This document shows, one piece after another, positions 17,013 to 27,347 of a stretch of DNA of 64,000 bases (positions are counted from its first letter, which is position 1; each line of letters begins with the position of its first letter). Origin of the DNA: an uncultured archaeon (GTDB lineage: Archaea > Aenigmatarchaeota > Aenigmatarchaeia > QMZP01 > JACQNV01); assembly GCA_964476045.1 (NCBI GenBank), contig CAYYYJ010000001.1:50733-114732 (forward strand), given 5' to 3'. The notes beneath the pieces were generated by a model that worked only from the letters and a program-made list of their open reading frames with translations, had not been told where the DNA came from and searched no databases. A program made the translations under genes and the position numbers.

Positions 17013-17527
17013 AAATCGCAATCGGCTCCAAAAACCCTGTGAAAATCGCGGCAGTGAGAGACGGCCTAATCGAAGCGTTCCCTTACGCTGAATTCGTTGC
17101 AGTCGAAGCCTCGTCTGGAGTCTCAGACCAGCCTATCGGGGATGGAGAGACAACTAAAGGCGCGATTAACAGGGCACAAAATGCGTTGAAAGAATTAAAT
17201 GCGGATCTGGGAGTTGGACTCGAAGGCGGGGTTAAAGAGACAGAACACGGAATGATGGGAACTGTCTGGTGCGCGATTGTTGATAAATATGGTAAAGTAA
17301 GTTTAGGCGGAGGTTTAAATTACCACATACCTTGGGAAGTTGAGCGAATGATCAAGAATGGAATTGAATTAGGGAAAGCAATGGACATTCTGAGCAAACA
17401 AGAAAACACAAAACATAAAGAAGGCTCGATTGGGATACTTACAAAGGGTCTCATAGACAGGAAGAAGGGATATGAAAGTTTGGTGAGATTAGCTGCTGCC
17501 AAGCATGTTAGCCCAGAATTCTATTAG
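17009..17527 (+). CDS. inosine/xanthosine triphosphatase (YjjX/DUF84 family NTPase)
   Basis: MKIAIGSKNPVKIAAVRDGL ... SGVSDQPIGDGETTKGAINRA ... GVGLEGG matches the YjjX family. Confidence 0.75.
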   Translation: MKIAIGSKNPVKIAAVRDGLIEAFPYAEFVAVEASSGVSDQPIGDGETTKGAINRAQNALKELNADLGVGLEGGVKETEHGMMGTVWCAIVDKYGKVSLGGGLNYHIPWEVERMIKNGIELGKAMDILSKQENTKHKEGSIGILTKGLIDRKKGYESLVRLAAAKHVSPEFY

Positions 17528-17606
17528 CAGCTTATAAATATTGCTTATAATATATACAAGAGTCGAAGGGGGGGAACCGGAACAGGTTCGCACCGCAGGT
17601 TTCCAT

Positions 17607-17807
17607 ATGGGCACAGTTAAAACAGCCGCAGTAAAGCATCTTGCAGAAGACCTTATTAGGGAATATGGGGATAGGTTTGGGACAGATTTTGAATCAAACA
17701 AGCAGACTTTAAACGAAATCAAACCAATTAAATCCAAGAAGATAAGAAATTCTTTGGCAGGTTATATAGCTTCTAAAATGCAGCAGATCAAGAAAAGCGG
17801 GATTTAG
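17607..17807 (+). CDS. rps17e: 30S ribosomal protein S17e
   Basis: MGTVKTAAVKHLAEDLIREYGDRFGTDFESNKQTL...SKKIRNSLAGYI matches eS17; start set at the internal in-frame ATG of the 17541..17807 ORF. Confidence 0.8.
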   Translation: MGTVKTAAVKHLAEDLIREYGDRFGTDFESNKQTLNEIKPIKSKKIRNSLAGYIASKMQQIKKSGI

Positions 17808-17861
17808 ATAAAATTAATTCTGGACTCAACTTTATAGCCCAATACTTCCATAGATTATTGT

Positions 17862-19013
17862 ATGGCTCTCATAGACGTCGCTGAAAACCCTCTTGTTTTT
17901 GATGTAAATGACAGGCTGTCCAAAGTCATATCTAAGCTTCAGGAAGAGAAAAAATACGAAGCTTTTGTTTTCAATAGAAAGAATTTTATTGGTATAATTT
18001 CTGCGAAAGACATAGACAGCAAAGGGCTAACAGATCCGGAGACTGTAAAACTAGGCAGTTTAAGCAATCTTATCAGAAATGTAAAAGTGCTGGAATCAGA
18101 TACAGATTTGAAAGAGCTTGTGAACAAGTTTGTGATCAATAATTATAGGTGCGTCCCTATAGATGTTGATGGCGAGATAATGTGCATAACTAAGCTGGGT
18201 TTGCTCAAACTAATATCAACAGACAACTTCAAAGACAGGACAGCTTCTGATGTGATGTTTTTCCCTGAATGCGTGAGCCCTGAAGATCCGGTTTCTGTAG
18301 TAAAATCCTTGTTCAGGAATTGCAACGCTTACAGGATAGCTGTCTTGTCTGAGGGGAATAAGGTCGAGGGCATTGTAGACGAGCTGAATTTGCTGAAAAC
18401 ATTTGTTGAGCACAAAAAAACTTCCAGGGGAGGCAGGTCTGGGGAGAAGATCCATGAAAATAATGTCCCTATAGCTTCGCATTTGTTGATGGAGGAAAAT
18501 AATCCAGTTGTTTATCCAGACACAGAACTAAAATATGTTGTCCAGAAAATGCTGGAAAAGAATAACGATACTGTTCTAGTGAAAGAGGATGAGAAGCTTG
18601 TGGGGATTATAACTCCGAGAGAGCTTCTAAAGCTTGTTGGGTACGATATAGCTGGTATTTATGTAAATCTCTCAGGGATACAGGAGGAGGACACGTTTTT
18701 GCAGAATCTTGTTAATGCTGAAATCAGGAGCTCAATCCGAAAGCTAGCGAAGATAATCCATATCCATTACATGTCATTCAATGTGAAAAGAAGGGTGAAT
18801 CCGACAGAGGGCGCAAAGACCAGAGGCCGTGTAAGCTATAACGTGAAGGGGAAGCTTGTTTCTAACAAAGGCGCTTTTTTTGCAGACGATACATCATGGG
18901 ACCTGACTAAATCGACTCAGTCTATCCTGAAGAAGCTCGAAAGGGAAGCGATGAAGAAAGTCAGTAAAGAAAGGGATCGAAGGACTGAAGTTGTGATGGA
19001 AGAGGATGAATAA
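17862..19013 (+). CDS. CBS-domain protein (tandem CBS pairs) with basic C-terminal tail
   Basis: Repeated CBS-like segments (IGIISAKDI, RIAVLSEGNKVEGIV, LVGIITPRELL); C-terminal Lys/Arg-rich region. Confidence 0.65.
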   Translation: MALIDVAENPLVFDVNDRLSKVISKLQEEKKYEAFVFNRKNFIGIISAKDIDSKGLTDPETVKLGSLSNLIRNVKVLESDTDLKELVNKFVINNYRCVPIDVDGEIMCITKLGLLKLISTDNFKDRTASDVMFFPECVSPEDPVSVVKSLFRNCNAYRIAVLSEGNKVEGIVDELNLLKTFVEHKKTSRGGRSGEKIHENNVPIASHLLMEENNPVVYPDTELKYVVQKMLEKNNDTVLVKEDEKLVGIITPRELLKLVGYDIAGIYVNLSGIQEEDTFLQNLVNAEIRSSIRKLAKIIHIHYMSFNVKRRVNPTEGAKTRGRVSYNVKGKLVSNKGAFFADDTSWDLTKSTQSILKKLEREAMKKVSKERDRRTEVVMEEDE

Positions 19014-19018
19014 AAGAA

Positions 19019-20035
19019 CTATTCCAATTTATCCATCAGCCCATAATAGAACATTTCTTCTGCTAACCATCTAGCCGGTACCTCTGTAAGAAGTCTAAAA
19101 TGGTTTTGATTAAAGGTGTCTAATTTTCTGCCACTAGCCAATCTTTCTGCTCTCTGTATGCGATATTTCCTGATAGCATCTGCAAAAGTCGACGGCACTT
19201 CGGTCAGAACATTGATATCTAAGCTAATTGCTTCTCCTATAACTATTCTCGTTTTTTCAGTGTCTTGACCCAACCTTCTGCCAACTATCATCTCTCTCCC
19301 TGGAAGCTCGTAAACACACATTTGCCCATCGCTGTGGTCTTCTCCACTTATATCGGTTAAAGGTATTTGAGGCTGTCTATCCTTCTCAAATCTCCCAGTT
19401 GCTAAAAGTTCTTCTTGTACAGGCGACTCATAAATTATATTGTTGTTAAATATTTTAGCAGACAAGACCACTTTACCCACATTATCTCTATTTGGTTCTT
19501 GCTCAAAATACATCATGATAAGCTCTTCCCTGGTCATCGGTCTATTCGCGACGCCTATGCTGGAGACATGAACTACGACTTCACCAGTCTGTCTATCTAA
19601 TCTCGCAGTGGCTTGTATATTCTGTGGTCTAGGAGGAAATCTCTGCACATTGATCAGCAACTTAGCTTTTTTATCAGGACCAGAATCTGCTATATAATCT
19701 CCCACATATGTTACACCTTCTGTTGTTTTAACCATTATTGCGTTTTTAATCCCCCGTCTGTATTCTATACGCCTTGGTTTGCACTTTAAAGTAACACTGT
19801 CATTAGATCTAGATTCTTCATACTCAACACAAGCATTGGCCCCCAATTTATACTTGAGCTCTGCTCTTAGTTTTTCTTGAGGAGGTAGACCACCGTTAGG
19901 ATCTGCGGCGTAGCATCTTATAACTACAGGATCCTTAGGATCAATTGGGCCTAAAGAAATAATTCGGTTGCCGTGCATTCTCCTTAGATCTTCATCTGTT
20001 CCGGTTAGACATAAAAATCCTTTATATCTTGGCAT
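19019..20035 (-). CDS. hypothetical protein (no recognisable domain)
   Basis: 338-aa ORF, Arg/Gly/Pro-rich and Lys-poor compared with neighbours; convergent with the CBS gene. Confidence 0.5.
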   Translation of the reverse strand: MPRYKGFLCLTGTDEDLRRMHGNRIISLGPIDPKDPVVIRCYAADPNGGLPPQEKLRAELKYKLGANACVEYEESRSNDSVTLKCKPRRIEYRRGIKNAIMVKTTEGVTYVGDYIADSGPDKKAKLLINVQRFPPRPQNIQATARLDRQTGEVVVHVSSIGVANRPMTREELIMMYFEQEPNRDNVGKVVLSAKIFNNNIIYESPVQEELLATGRFEKDRQPQIPLTDISGEDHSDGQMCVYELPGREMIVGRRLGQDTEKTRIVIGEAISLDINVLTEVPSTFADAIRKYRIQRAERLASGRKLDTFNQNHFRLLTEVPARWLAEEMFYYGLMDKLE

Positions 20036-20082
20036 AAATAATCCTAAATGTTTTATAATTCCAAGTTTTAAAAATAGAACTA

Positions 20083-21579
20083 TTAAACTTTCTCGAGCTC
20101 AACGCCTCGTAAAAATTTCCTCAGGACTTGCGGCAGATCCTTTATCTTCACGCGGATTTGTTTCATTGAGTCCCTGTCTCTTAATGTGACATCATCTTGC
20201 TTTAGCGAGTCGTAATCTATTGTTATCCCTACCGCCACTCCGATCTCGTCTATTCTCCTGTAACGTCTTCCTATTGCGCCACCCTCATCATAAAATACAA
20301 TGAAGCCATGCTCTTCCAGAAGTTTCTGGATTTCCCTTGCTTTTTCTTGCAACCCATCTTTGTTCATCAAAGGGAAAATGCCTGCATCGAAAGGTGAAAG
20401 CAATCGCGGGAATTTTAGAACAGTCCTTTCTTTCTCTTCTGTGTAAGCAAGTTCGAGCAACGAATAAAGGTTCCTGTCCACACCTAAAGACAATTCCAAG
20501 ACATGTGGTATGAATTTTTTCCCGTTAATACTAATTTCCATCGATTGGCTGGAAACTTTCTGGTGGCCAGAGAGGTCGTGGTCCGTACGGTAGTGCACAC
20601 CGCCCACCTCCTTGAAGCCGCCTAAACTTTCCAGATCCAATTCTATGTCCCAGTGGTATTTATTGTAGAAAGCTTTCTCCTCGTCTGAGAGTTGTTTGAA
20701 CCTGAATTTTTCTTTTGGAAGCTTCAGGAGATCCAGATAAAACTGCTGGACTTTTGCAAGGTGGTAGACATAGAACTTTGGGATTTTTAATTTTTCAGCT
20801 GTTTCTTTGCAAGTCAGCTCTTCGATTTTACCGGATTTTCTATTAGCTACTGGGAATAGTCTTAGTTTGATATTCTCGACGTCTTTAAAATTAGGATGTT
20901 CATTAATCGTGTCCTGGTCAAAGAATATTTGGAGCTCTGCTTGCGTCAGCTCCCTCATCCTGATCAGCGCGTTCCTCGGCGCAATCTCATTTCTGAAAGC
21001 TTTTCCAATTACTGCAATACCTAAAGGCAGTTGCTTCCTACAAACTTCAAACATCTGCTTGAAATTTACATAGGCGCCTTGTGCTGTTTCTCCTGTAAGA
21101 TAGCCTGTTTTTTCCTGTTTGCCAACACCCAGCTTTAAAGGAAACATCATATTAAATTGGTTAACTTCTTTTATCTCGCCTTTACATTTGTCACATTTTA
21201 TTCCATGTTTTTTTATGAGTTTGAAGAGATCATCTGGAGACAGCCCCTCGAAAGCCTCTTTTAAGTGAGCTTCAACAATATGGTCAGCCCGCTCGGCGTT
21301 GCCGCATTTTCCGCATTTGGCAAGGGGGTCTGCAAAAGAAGCTAGGTGGCCTGAAGCTTTGAAAACATTTTCATGCATGATCAGGGATGGCTGGATCTCG
21401 TAATAATTTTCGTCCAGGCCCAGGAAATATTTTCTCCACAAGTTTTCCCATCGCCTTTTCAGGAATACTCCGAGATGGGCGTAATCGTAGAAGCCTGCAA
21501 GCCCTCCATAAATCGCGGAACCTTGCCAGAAGAAACCACGACGTTTTGCAATTTCGATCAGTTGGTCAGAGTTTACCAT
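20083..21579 (-). CDS. glyS: glycyl-tRNA synthetase (archaeal/eukaryotic alpha2 type)
   Basis: N-terminus LIEIAKRRGFFWQGSAIYGGLAGFYDYAHLG and class II motifs; 498 aa. Confidence 0.9.
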   Translation of the reverse strand: MVNSDQLIEIAKRRGFFWQGSAIYGGLAGFYDYAHLGVFLKRRWENLWRKYFLGLDENYYEIQPSLIMHENVFKASGHLASFADPLAKCGKCGNAERADHIVEAHLKEAFEGLSPDDLFKLIKKHGIKCDKCKGEIKEVNQFNMMFPLKLGVGKQEKTGYLTGETAQGAYVNFKQMFEVCRKQLPLGIAVIGKAFRNEIAPRNALIRMRELTQAELQIFFDQDTINEHPNFKDVENIKLRLFPVANRKSGKIEELTCKETAEKLKIPKFYVYHLAKVQQFYLDLLKLPKEKFRFKQLSDEEKAFYNKYHWDIELDLESLGGFKEVGGVHYRTDHDLSGHQKVSSQSMEISINGKKFIPHVLELSLGVDRNLYSLLELAYTEEKERTVLKFPRLLSPFDAGIFPLMNKDGLQEKAREIQKLLEEHGFIVFYDEGGAIGRRYRRIDEIGVAVGITIDYDSLKQDDVTLRDRDSMKQIRVKIKDLPQVLRKFLRGVELEKV

Positions 21580-21679
21580 CTATAGAATTAGGAAGCGGAG
21601 ATAAAAATACCACAAAAATAACATTGTTATACATTTTAACTCATATAAGCCCCGGAAATAATTATACTAAAAGATTGCT

Positions 21680-22270
21680 ATGAATTTTCTTGACAAAATA
21701 ATTTCGTCTTTTAATTCTTTCACAATGTTCAGGGAAGGGTTTACTGCTTTAAATTCTAGGGCGAGGGGGCTCAGTCTAATTGAAAACATGATTGAGAAAA
21801 GGAAAAAAATCCTCGAGGTTGGATGCGGCCTTGGATTGAATTGTGAGTATTTCAAAAAAAAAGGCTACTTTGTATATGGGATTGATAACGACAAGGAACT
21901 CGTTGAGCGGACAAGGAGATACTCTTCTGCCAATTTGCGCCCAGGCAGCGCTTTAGACATCCCTTTCCCAGATTCAACTTTCGATGTTGTAATTTACATG
22001 TTTGTTCTTCATCACATAAACCCTAAATACCACAAACAAGTTTTGAACCAAACTTCAAGAGTCCTAAAGAAAGATGGGGTCATGATCTTAATCGAGCCGA
22101 AAATAAATTCGAGAAAGGACCTTCTTTTTGACAGGATCTTTTTCTCAAAATCTTTCTATGGCTATTTTTCAGTTAACGGAAAATATGAACAGGGGATGAA
22201 GGGATCGAGCAGGTTTTTCAAAATAAAAAAGGGTGATATAAGATCATTGAAATTTGAATATAGGAAATGA
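21680..22270 (+). CDS. class I SAM-dependent methyltransferase
   Basis: ILEVGCGLGLN motif I; LKKDGVMILIEP. Confidence 0.7.
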   Translation: MNFLDKIISSFNSFTMFREGFTALNSRARGLSLIENMIEKRKKILEVGCGLGLNCEYFKKKGYFVYGIDNDKELVERTRRYSSANLRPGSALDIPFPDSTFDVVIYMFVLHHINPKYHKQVLNQTSRVLKKDGVMILIEPKINSRKDLLFDRIFFSKSFYGYFSVNGKYEQGMKGSSRFFKIKKGDIRSLKFEYRK

Positions 22271-22393
22271 CATTATTTGGAATAAAATAACCGCGAAACA
22301 GCGACTATAGAAATCAGGGATGTGCTCCACGAGGAAAAATATGCAACATTTCCTGTGATGATGCTTTAAAAACCCCTTGGATACAAATATCGT

Positions 22394-23560
22394 ATGCAAC
22401 TAGAATTAGTTTTCATTTTCCTGAGCGCCTTTGTGACAGCCATGTTCTTGGGCCTTTCTTATAGGGTAGACAGAAAACTGTCCAAGGTGGGCCTCCAAAA
22501 AATAACTGCCTATCCAAAAGTATCAGTAATAATTCCTGTGCACAATAGGGCAACTCTTATCAAAGAGGTTTTGGTTTCTGTAAAGAATTCGGTCTACAAA
22601 AATAAGGATATTATTGTTGTAAACGACTTCTCTACAGATGGGACAGGAGAAATCCTAAATGGGATAAAGGGTATCAAGGTCTTTACGAATAAAAAAAGGC
22701 TGGGAAAAGCCGCCTCCCTTAACGAAGCAGCTAAAAAATGTTCAGGCGACATTATGCTTTTTTTGGATGCAGACACAAAGATTGAAAAAGACACAATCGA
22801 AAGGCTTGTTTCTTCTTACCTGTTTTATCAAAAAAATGGTGAGAAAATTGGTTTTATTGCGCCCAGATACAAGCTTATAAACAAGCGCAGCTTTCTTGCA
22901 AAGATGGTGTATATTGAGCAAACAATCCACCAATTTTTAATAAAAATCCAGATGAGTTTTGGTTCCATCCTTTCCATCAGGGGTTGCTGCCTTCTTGTCG
23001 GCAAGGAAGCATTCTTTAAGTCTGGCGGATTCTCCAACCATATTTTAGAGGATGGCGACTTTTCTGCAAAAATGGCCAAAGCTGGCTACAAAATAAAGTA
23101 TGAGCCTAGGGCAACAGTGGATACAGAAGAACCAGAAACAGTTGAGGATTTCTTCAGGTCAAGAAAACGGTATGGGAAAGGCAGCCTTTTCTGTGTCATA
23201 GACCACACAAAACACTTCTTATTTTCTAAACAAGCCTCGCTGGCTTTTTATCCGTATTTTATCATCTCTGTGGCATTCATTGGTTTTTATTTTTCAGCTC
23301 TCTTTTCACTTAATATCGTTTATCTTTTCTCTCTTGCATCTTCCCTCGCCCTGATTGGCCTCTCCTCAACAATAGGGATGTTTCTCTGCGGGGCAACAAC
23401 AGCAAAAGACAGTTTAGAGAAAACAACAATAGTAGCGTTGTTCCTGCCTTACATTTTCTTGTACATACCTTTTGCAGGAATTGGTTACCTTATAGGGGCT
23501 TTGTCTGGGGTGAAAGATAGGTGGAGAGATCATGGGAAACTGAAGCTGAAGGAGTGGTGA
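22394..23560 (+). CDS. family 2 glycosyltransferase with C-terminal membrane domain
   Basis: VSVIIPVHNRA, VVNDFSTDGT and LFLDADT (DxD) motifs; four or more C-terminal TM helices. Confidence 0.75.
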   Translation: MQLELVFIFLSAFVTAMFLGLSYRVDRKLSKVGLQKITAYPKVSVIIPVHNRATLIKEVLVSVKNSVYKNKDIIVVNDFSTDGTGEILNGIKGIKVFTNKKRLGKAASLNEAAKKCSGDIMLFLDADTKIEKDTIERLVSSYLFYQKNGEKIGFIAPRYKLINKRSFLAKMVYIEQTIHQFLIKIQMSFGSILSIRGCCLLVGKEAFFKSGGFSNHILEDGDFSAKMAKAGYKIKYEPRATVDTEEPETVEDFFRSRKRYGKGSLFCVIDHTKHFLFSKQASLAFYPYFIISVAFIGFYFSALFSLNIVYLFSLASSLALIGLSSTIGMFLCGATTAKDSLEKTTIVALFLPYIFLYIPFAGIGYLIGALSGVKDRWRDHGKLKLKEW

Positions 23561-23657
23561 GTTAATTATCATAATACACAAAGGATCTTCTATCAGTCAT
23601 GCCCATAGTATCGCACTCATCAATATCAAGCTCTAACTCCAACATCAAACCCTATAC

Positions 23658-24272
23658 CTACCCAAGCCTGCTCGCATAGATCATCTTCACTGTTATTTTA
23701 TTTGATTTGAAAACATCTATTACCTTTGCTGCAGAATCCAGATCTACAAATAAAGTGTTTGGTCCGAGCTTAATCGATCCTGTTGTCTCCAGAAGTCCTT
23801 TGTACACGGCTTTTTTTGTCCTGTAACCATAAAGTTTCTTGCTTATAAGGACCCTTTTTGATTCTGGCACTATTTTGTCCCAGTAGAGTATAACAAATTG
23901 CTGGCCTTCTGACTTTTCCTTATATTTTGAGTATAATACTATTCCATCAGAAATTATTGAAATTTTGAGGTCTTTCCATTTTTGTAGATTATCAGTTATG
24001 CAGGAAATAATATTCTGGATTCCGGCCAGCTTCCAGTTTCTGAATGCGGCTGTTTTATAGAAATCCTCTATTATTTTTCCCACTCTTTTTTCTATACTGC
24101 CTGGATGGTAGACATTTACAAATATGTCGACATCGCTGTCTTTTCTGGCATCTCCGCGGGCAACAGAGCCGTATAGTATTATCTCTTTTACATTTCCTCT
24201 TTCCTGCTCCCCTAGTTCTGACATTAAAAAAGATGCAAACGACATTGCATAAGGCACCAAAATCCTGCTCAT
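23658..24272 (-). CDS. nucleotidyltransferase-domain protein (MNT/Pol-beta superfamily)
   Basis: LYGSVARGDARKDSDVDIFV (GS...DxD) signature. Confidence 0.65.
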   Translation of the reverse strand: MSRILVPYAMSFASFLMSELGEQERGNVKEIILYGSVARGDARKDSDVDIFVNVYHPGSIEKRVGKIIEDFYKTAAFRNWKLAGIQNIISCITDNLQKWKDLKISIISDGIVLYSKYKEKSEGQQFVILYWDKIVPESKRVLISKKLYGYRTKKAVYKGLLETTGSIKLGPNTLFVDLDSAAKVIDVFKSNKITVKMIYASRLG

Positions 24273-24766
24273 TCCACTTTGACCCCCATTTTCTCCATTT
24301 TATCTTTTAACCTGTTGAAAATTTCTAAGTACTCTTCCAAGATTTCCCTTGCCTGCTGCCTCCCATAGCACAAAATATTCCTTTTCTTTTCTATTTCTAC
24401 CATAAGTTTGGTTACCTCTGCCTTATTTCTAAATTCAAAATTTAATTTTTCAGAAGCCATGCTTTCTGAGCCAAAATCATTGTGCTTAAGCTGAAATCCC
24501 GGGCTTACTAGGTTTTTTGAGTGCAAATATATTTCGACCATGTCAACAGAAGCAGATGAGCAATGAAAGCCTATTGTTTTCTGCTTGTTTTCGATGCCTC
24601 TTGCTATAGCTGACCTTATCTCTTCAATGCTTTCTTTCAGCCCTTTAAGATGCGATTCTATCCTCATGCTGCCTTTTATAGATACTACTGTGTCTAATAA
24701 TTTTCTACAATTGTATATATAATTAGATACAATTGTATATAAACTAATGGTCGCATTGACACCCAA
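24269..24766 (-). CDS. putative HEPN-domain protein paired with the downstream nucleotidyltransferase
   Basis: All-helical 165-aa ORF overlapping the MNT gene by 4 nt; no clear Rx4-6H motif, so the assignment is by context only. Confidence 0.35.
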   Translation of the reverse strand: MGVNATISLYTIVSNYIYNCRKLLDTVVSIKGSMRIESHLKGLKESIEEIRSAIARGIENKQKTIGFHCSSASVDMVEIYLHSKNLVSPGFQLKHNDFGSESMASEKLNFEFRNKAEVTKLMVEIEKKRNILCYGRQQAREILEEYLEIFNRLKDKMEKMGVKVE

Positions 24767-24775
24767 TGAGGCCCC

Positions 24776-25927
24776 TCACATCAATTTTTTATAAATCCAC
24801 TCTAGCTTAACCGCCACGCTTTCAATTGAATGCTCTTTCACAGAACCGGGACAATTCTTGCTTAATTTTTTCCTCAGGTTTTCGTCTTTTAATAAATTCT
24901 CCGCAAGATCAGCTGCCTTTTCTGGTTTTTCCGGATCAAACAGAAATCCATTTTTCCCGTCCTTTATTGCTTCTGGTATTGCTTCTGCATTTGCGCCTAC
25001 TACAGGGAGGCCGGAAGCTAGGGATTCTAGCAAAACAATCCCTTGTGTTTCAACAGTGGACGCAGTCAAAAAAATGTCGGCAGAGGCGTAATACTCTGGG
25101 AGCTTTTCTTGCGGCATATAACCTCCTGGCATTATTATTTTATCTTGAAGACCGAGCTGTCTAACAATACTTCTTAAATTAATTAAATCAGGCCCATCAC
25201 CTAGAATAAGCAATTTAAATTTTATTTTCTTCTCGAGAATTTTCGTAATCTTAAGCAATTCATAAACCCTTTTCTCTTTCGTAACTCTGCCCACATAAAG
25301 GATAAGCTTTTCTCCGTTAGGACAGATTTTTTTCTTTAAATCAGGATTTGTTTTCTTAGGGTTGTATTTTTCTGTATCTATACCATTGCTCACAACTTGT
25401 ATATTGTCTTTGAAACCCCATTTTAACATTTTCTGCTTTGTTGTTTCAGAAGGGGCTGTAACAGCATCGCACCAACCATAATACTTTTCCATCCATTTTC
25501 TTGCTGCTCCCTCAATAAAATATTTTGTTGGCCAAAGTGAACCAAACAGAGGTATGTAATGGACGTAATCTGTTATTGGAGTATCAAATGTCCCTACAAT
25601 CGGTTTTTCTATTCTCTGCGCAAGCCTTTTTGCAACAACACCTAAAGGCGCAGGTGTTCTTGAATGTATTATATCAAGGCTCTTGCTTTTCATCACATTC
25701 CATGCATAATGATCAGGAAGCATGAACATATATTCCGGGTATGGCTTGAATGGGCGTGCCTTAAACCTGTAAACACTGTAACCATCCATTTTCTCATCGC
25801 CCTTCCCTGTTGTAAACACATTGATTTCGTGCCCTCTTTTCAAGAGAGCTTTGTTTATGTTGCACTGGGAAACAACAACCCCGTTCACCTGCGGCAAGAA
25901 GGTTTCAGTAAAGATTCCTATGTTCAT
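24776..25927 (-). CDS. family 4 glycosyltransferase (GT-B)
   Basis: C-terminal IFLTASTVETQGIVLLESLASGLPVVG (E-x7-E) motif. Confidence 0.8.
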   Translation of the reverse strand: MNIGIFTETFLPQVNGVVVSQCNINKALLKRGHEINVFTTGKGDEKMDGYSVYRFKARPFKPYPEYMFMLPDHYAWNVMKSKSLDIIHSRTPAPLGVVAKRLAQRIEKPIVGTFDTPITDYVHYIPLFGSLWPTKYFIEGAARKWMEKYYGWCDAVTAPSETTKQKMLKWGFKDNIQVVSNGIDTEKYNPKKTNPDLKKKICPNGEKLILYVGRVTKEKRVYELLKITKILEKKIKFKLLILGDGPDLINLRSIVRQLGLQDKIIMPGGYMPQEKLPEYYASADIFLTASTVETQGIVLLESLASGLPVVGANAEAIPEAIKDGKNGFLFDPEKPEKAADLAENLLKDENLRKKLSKNCPGSVKEHSIESVAVKLEWIYKKLM

Positions 25928-25992
25928 ATGACCCTTATTTTACCCAAGCATTTAATAGCTTTATACTAATATATGAATACTTCCAGGATGAT

Positions 25993-27249
25993 ATGTCTAA
26001 ATTAAAACTCACCGAAGAAGGTAAAAAATACCTGAAAGAGGGGCTACCTGAGAAAAAGCTGGCTGAGCTTCTAGAAAAAGGCTCCTTATCAATGGCAGAA
26101 GCCCAAAAGAAAATTGAAAACCTTAGCGTAGCTCTCCAATGGGGAAAGAAAAACAGGTGGGTTGATATTGAGGATGGCAAGCTTGTTCTTGTTAAAAAAC
26201 CTGTAGAAACAGTTGAAAAATATTTAGAAAAAATTGAAAAAAAAGAGCCTATTCCAGAAAACATATTAAAAATTTTATTTCAAAGAAAACTTGCAGTTGA
26301 GGAAAGGGAAAATGAAAGGAAAAAAGCAGAAGCTTTTGTTGGAAAAGAAATTGACAAACTAACCCCCGAATTAATAAAAACAGGCCTGTGGAAGGAAACA
26401 AAATTAAAGCCTTACAATGTGGAGTTTATTGGCAAGAGAATTTATTCTGGAAAAAGGCAGCCTTATAATATATTTCTGGATTCTGTCAGAAGGAAGTTAA
26501 TAGAGCTGGGCTTCATAGAGTGCAGAGGGCAGGCTATAGTCCAGGAATTCTGGAATTTCGACGCGCTCTATCAGCCTCAGGGGCATCCGGCAAGGGACTG
26601 GACAGATGTCTACACTTTAAAATATCCAAAGAAAGGTTCTCTGCCAGATCCAAAATTAGTTGAGCGGGTAAAAGAAACCCATGAAAACGGATGGAAAACA
26701 GGCTCAACTGGCTGGGGTTATGCGTGGAGCCCTGAAAAAGCAGCGCATCTCATGCCGATTGCGCACGATACAGCTGTTTCACCTAAAATTCTTGCTTCTA
26801 AAGATCTTAAAATACCTGGAAAGTACTTCCAGATTGTAAGGTGTTACAGGCCGGATATTTTGGATGCGACCCATTTGATAGAATTTAATCAGGTTGGAGG
26901 GTTTATTGTAGGAGAAGATCTGAATTTCAGGAATTTGCTTGGGGTCTTGAAAATGTTTGCCCATGAAGTTGCTGGTGCTGAGCAAGCCAAGTTCACGGCA
27001 GGATACTTCCCATTCACAGAACCTAGCTGCGAAATCTCAGCTAAACACCCAGAACTCGGATGGATAGAAATAGGCGGCGCAGGGATCTTTAGAGAAGAGT
27101 TAACAAAACCTTTAGGCGTAGATTATCCTGTAATTGCATGGGGGATTGGGATAGATAGGCTGGCCATGTTTAAATTAGGATTAAAGGACGCGAGAAGCCT
27201 GTTTACAAGCGATCTTAAGCTTTTGAGAGAACAAAAAGTATTAATTTAG
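25993..27249 (+). CDS. pheS: phenylalanyl-tRNA synthetase alpha subunit (archaeal type)
   Basis: Class II motifs FNFDALYQPQGHPARD, RCYRPD and GAGIFREELT...GIGIDRLAM. Confidence 0.9.
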   Translation: MSKLKLTEEGKKYLKEGLPEKKLAELLEKGSLSMAEAQKKIENLSVALQWGKKNRWVDIEDGKLVLVKKPVETVEKYLEKIEKKEPIPENILKILFQRKLAVEERENERKKAEAFVGKEIDKLTPELIKTGLWKETKLKPYNVEFIGKRIYSGKRQPYNIFLDSVRRKLIELGFIECRGQAIVQEFWNFDALYQPQGHPARDWTDVYTLKYPKKGSLPDPKLVERVKETHENGWKTGSTGWGYAWSPEKAAHLMPIAHDTAVSPKILASKDLKIPGKYFQIVRCYRPDILDATHLIEFNQVGGFIVGEDLNFRNLLGVLKMFAHEVAGAEQAKFTAGYFPFTEPSCEISAKHPELGWIEIGGAGIFREELTKPLGVDYPVIAWGIGIDRLAMFKLGLKDARSLFTSDLKLLREQKVLI

Positions 27250-27347
27250 TAATTATTTCTGATAAACTTACAGAAAGTTCAAAACCTTAAGACTCACTCA
27301 AGTACAGCCTTATAAACCTAAGTTTACAAGTATAAACTAAAGTAGTT

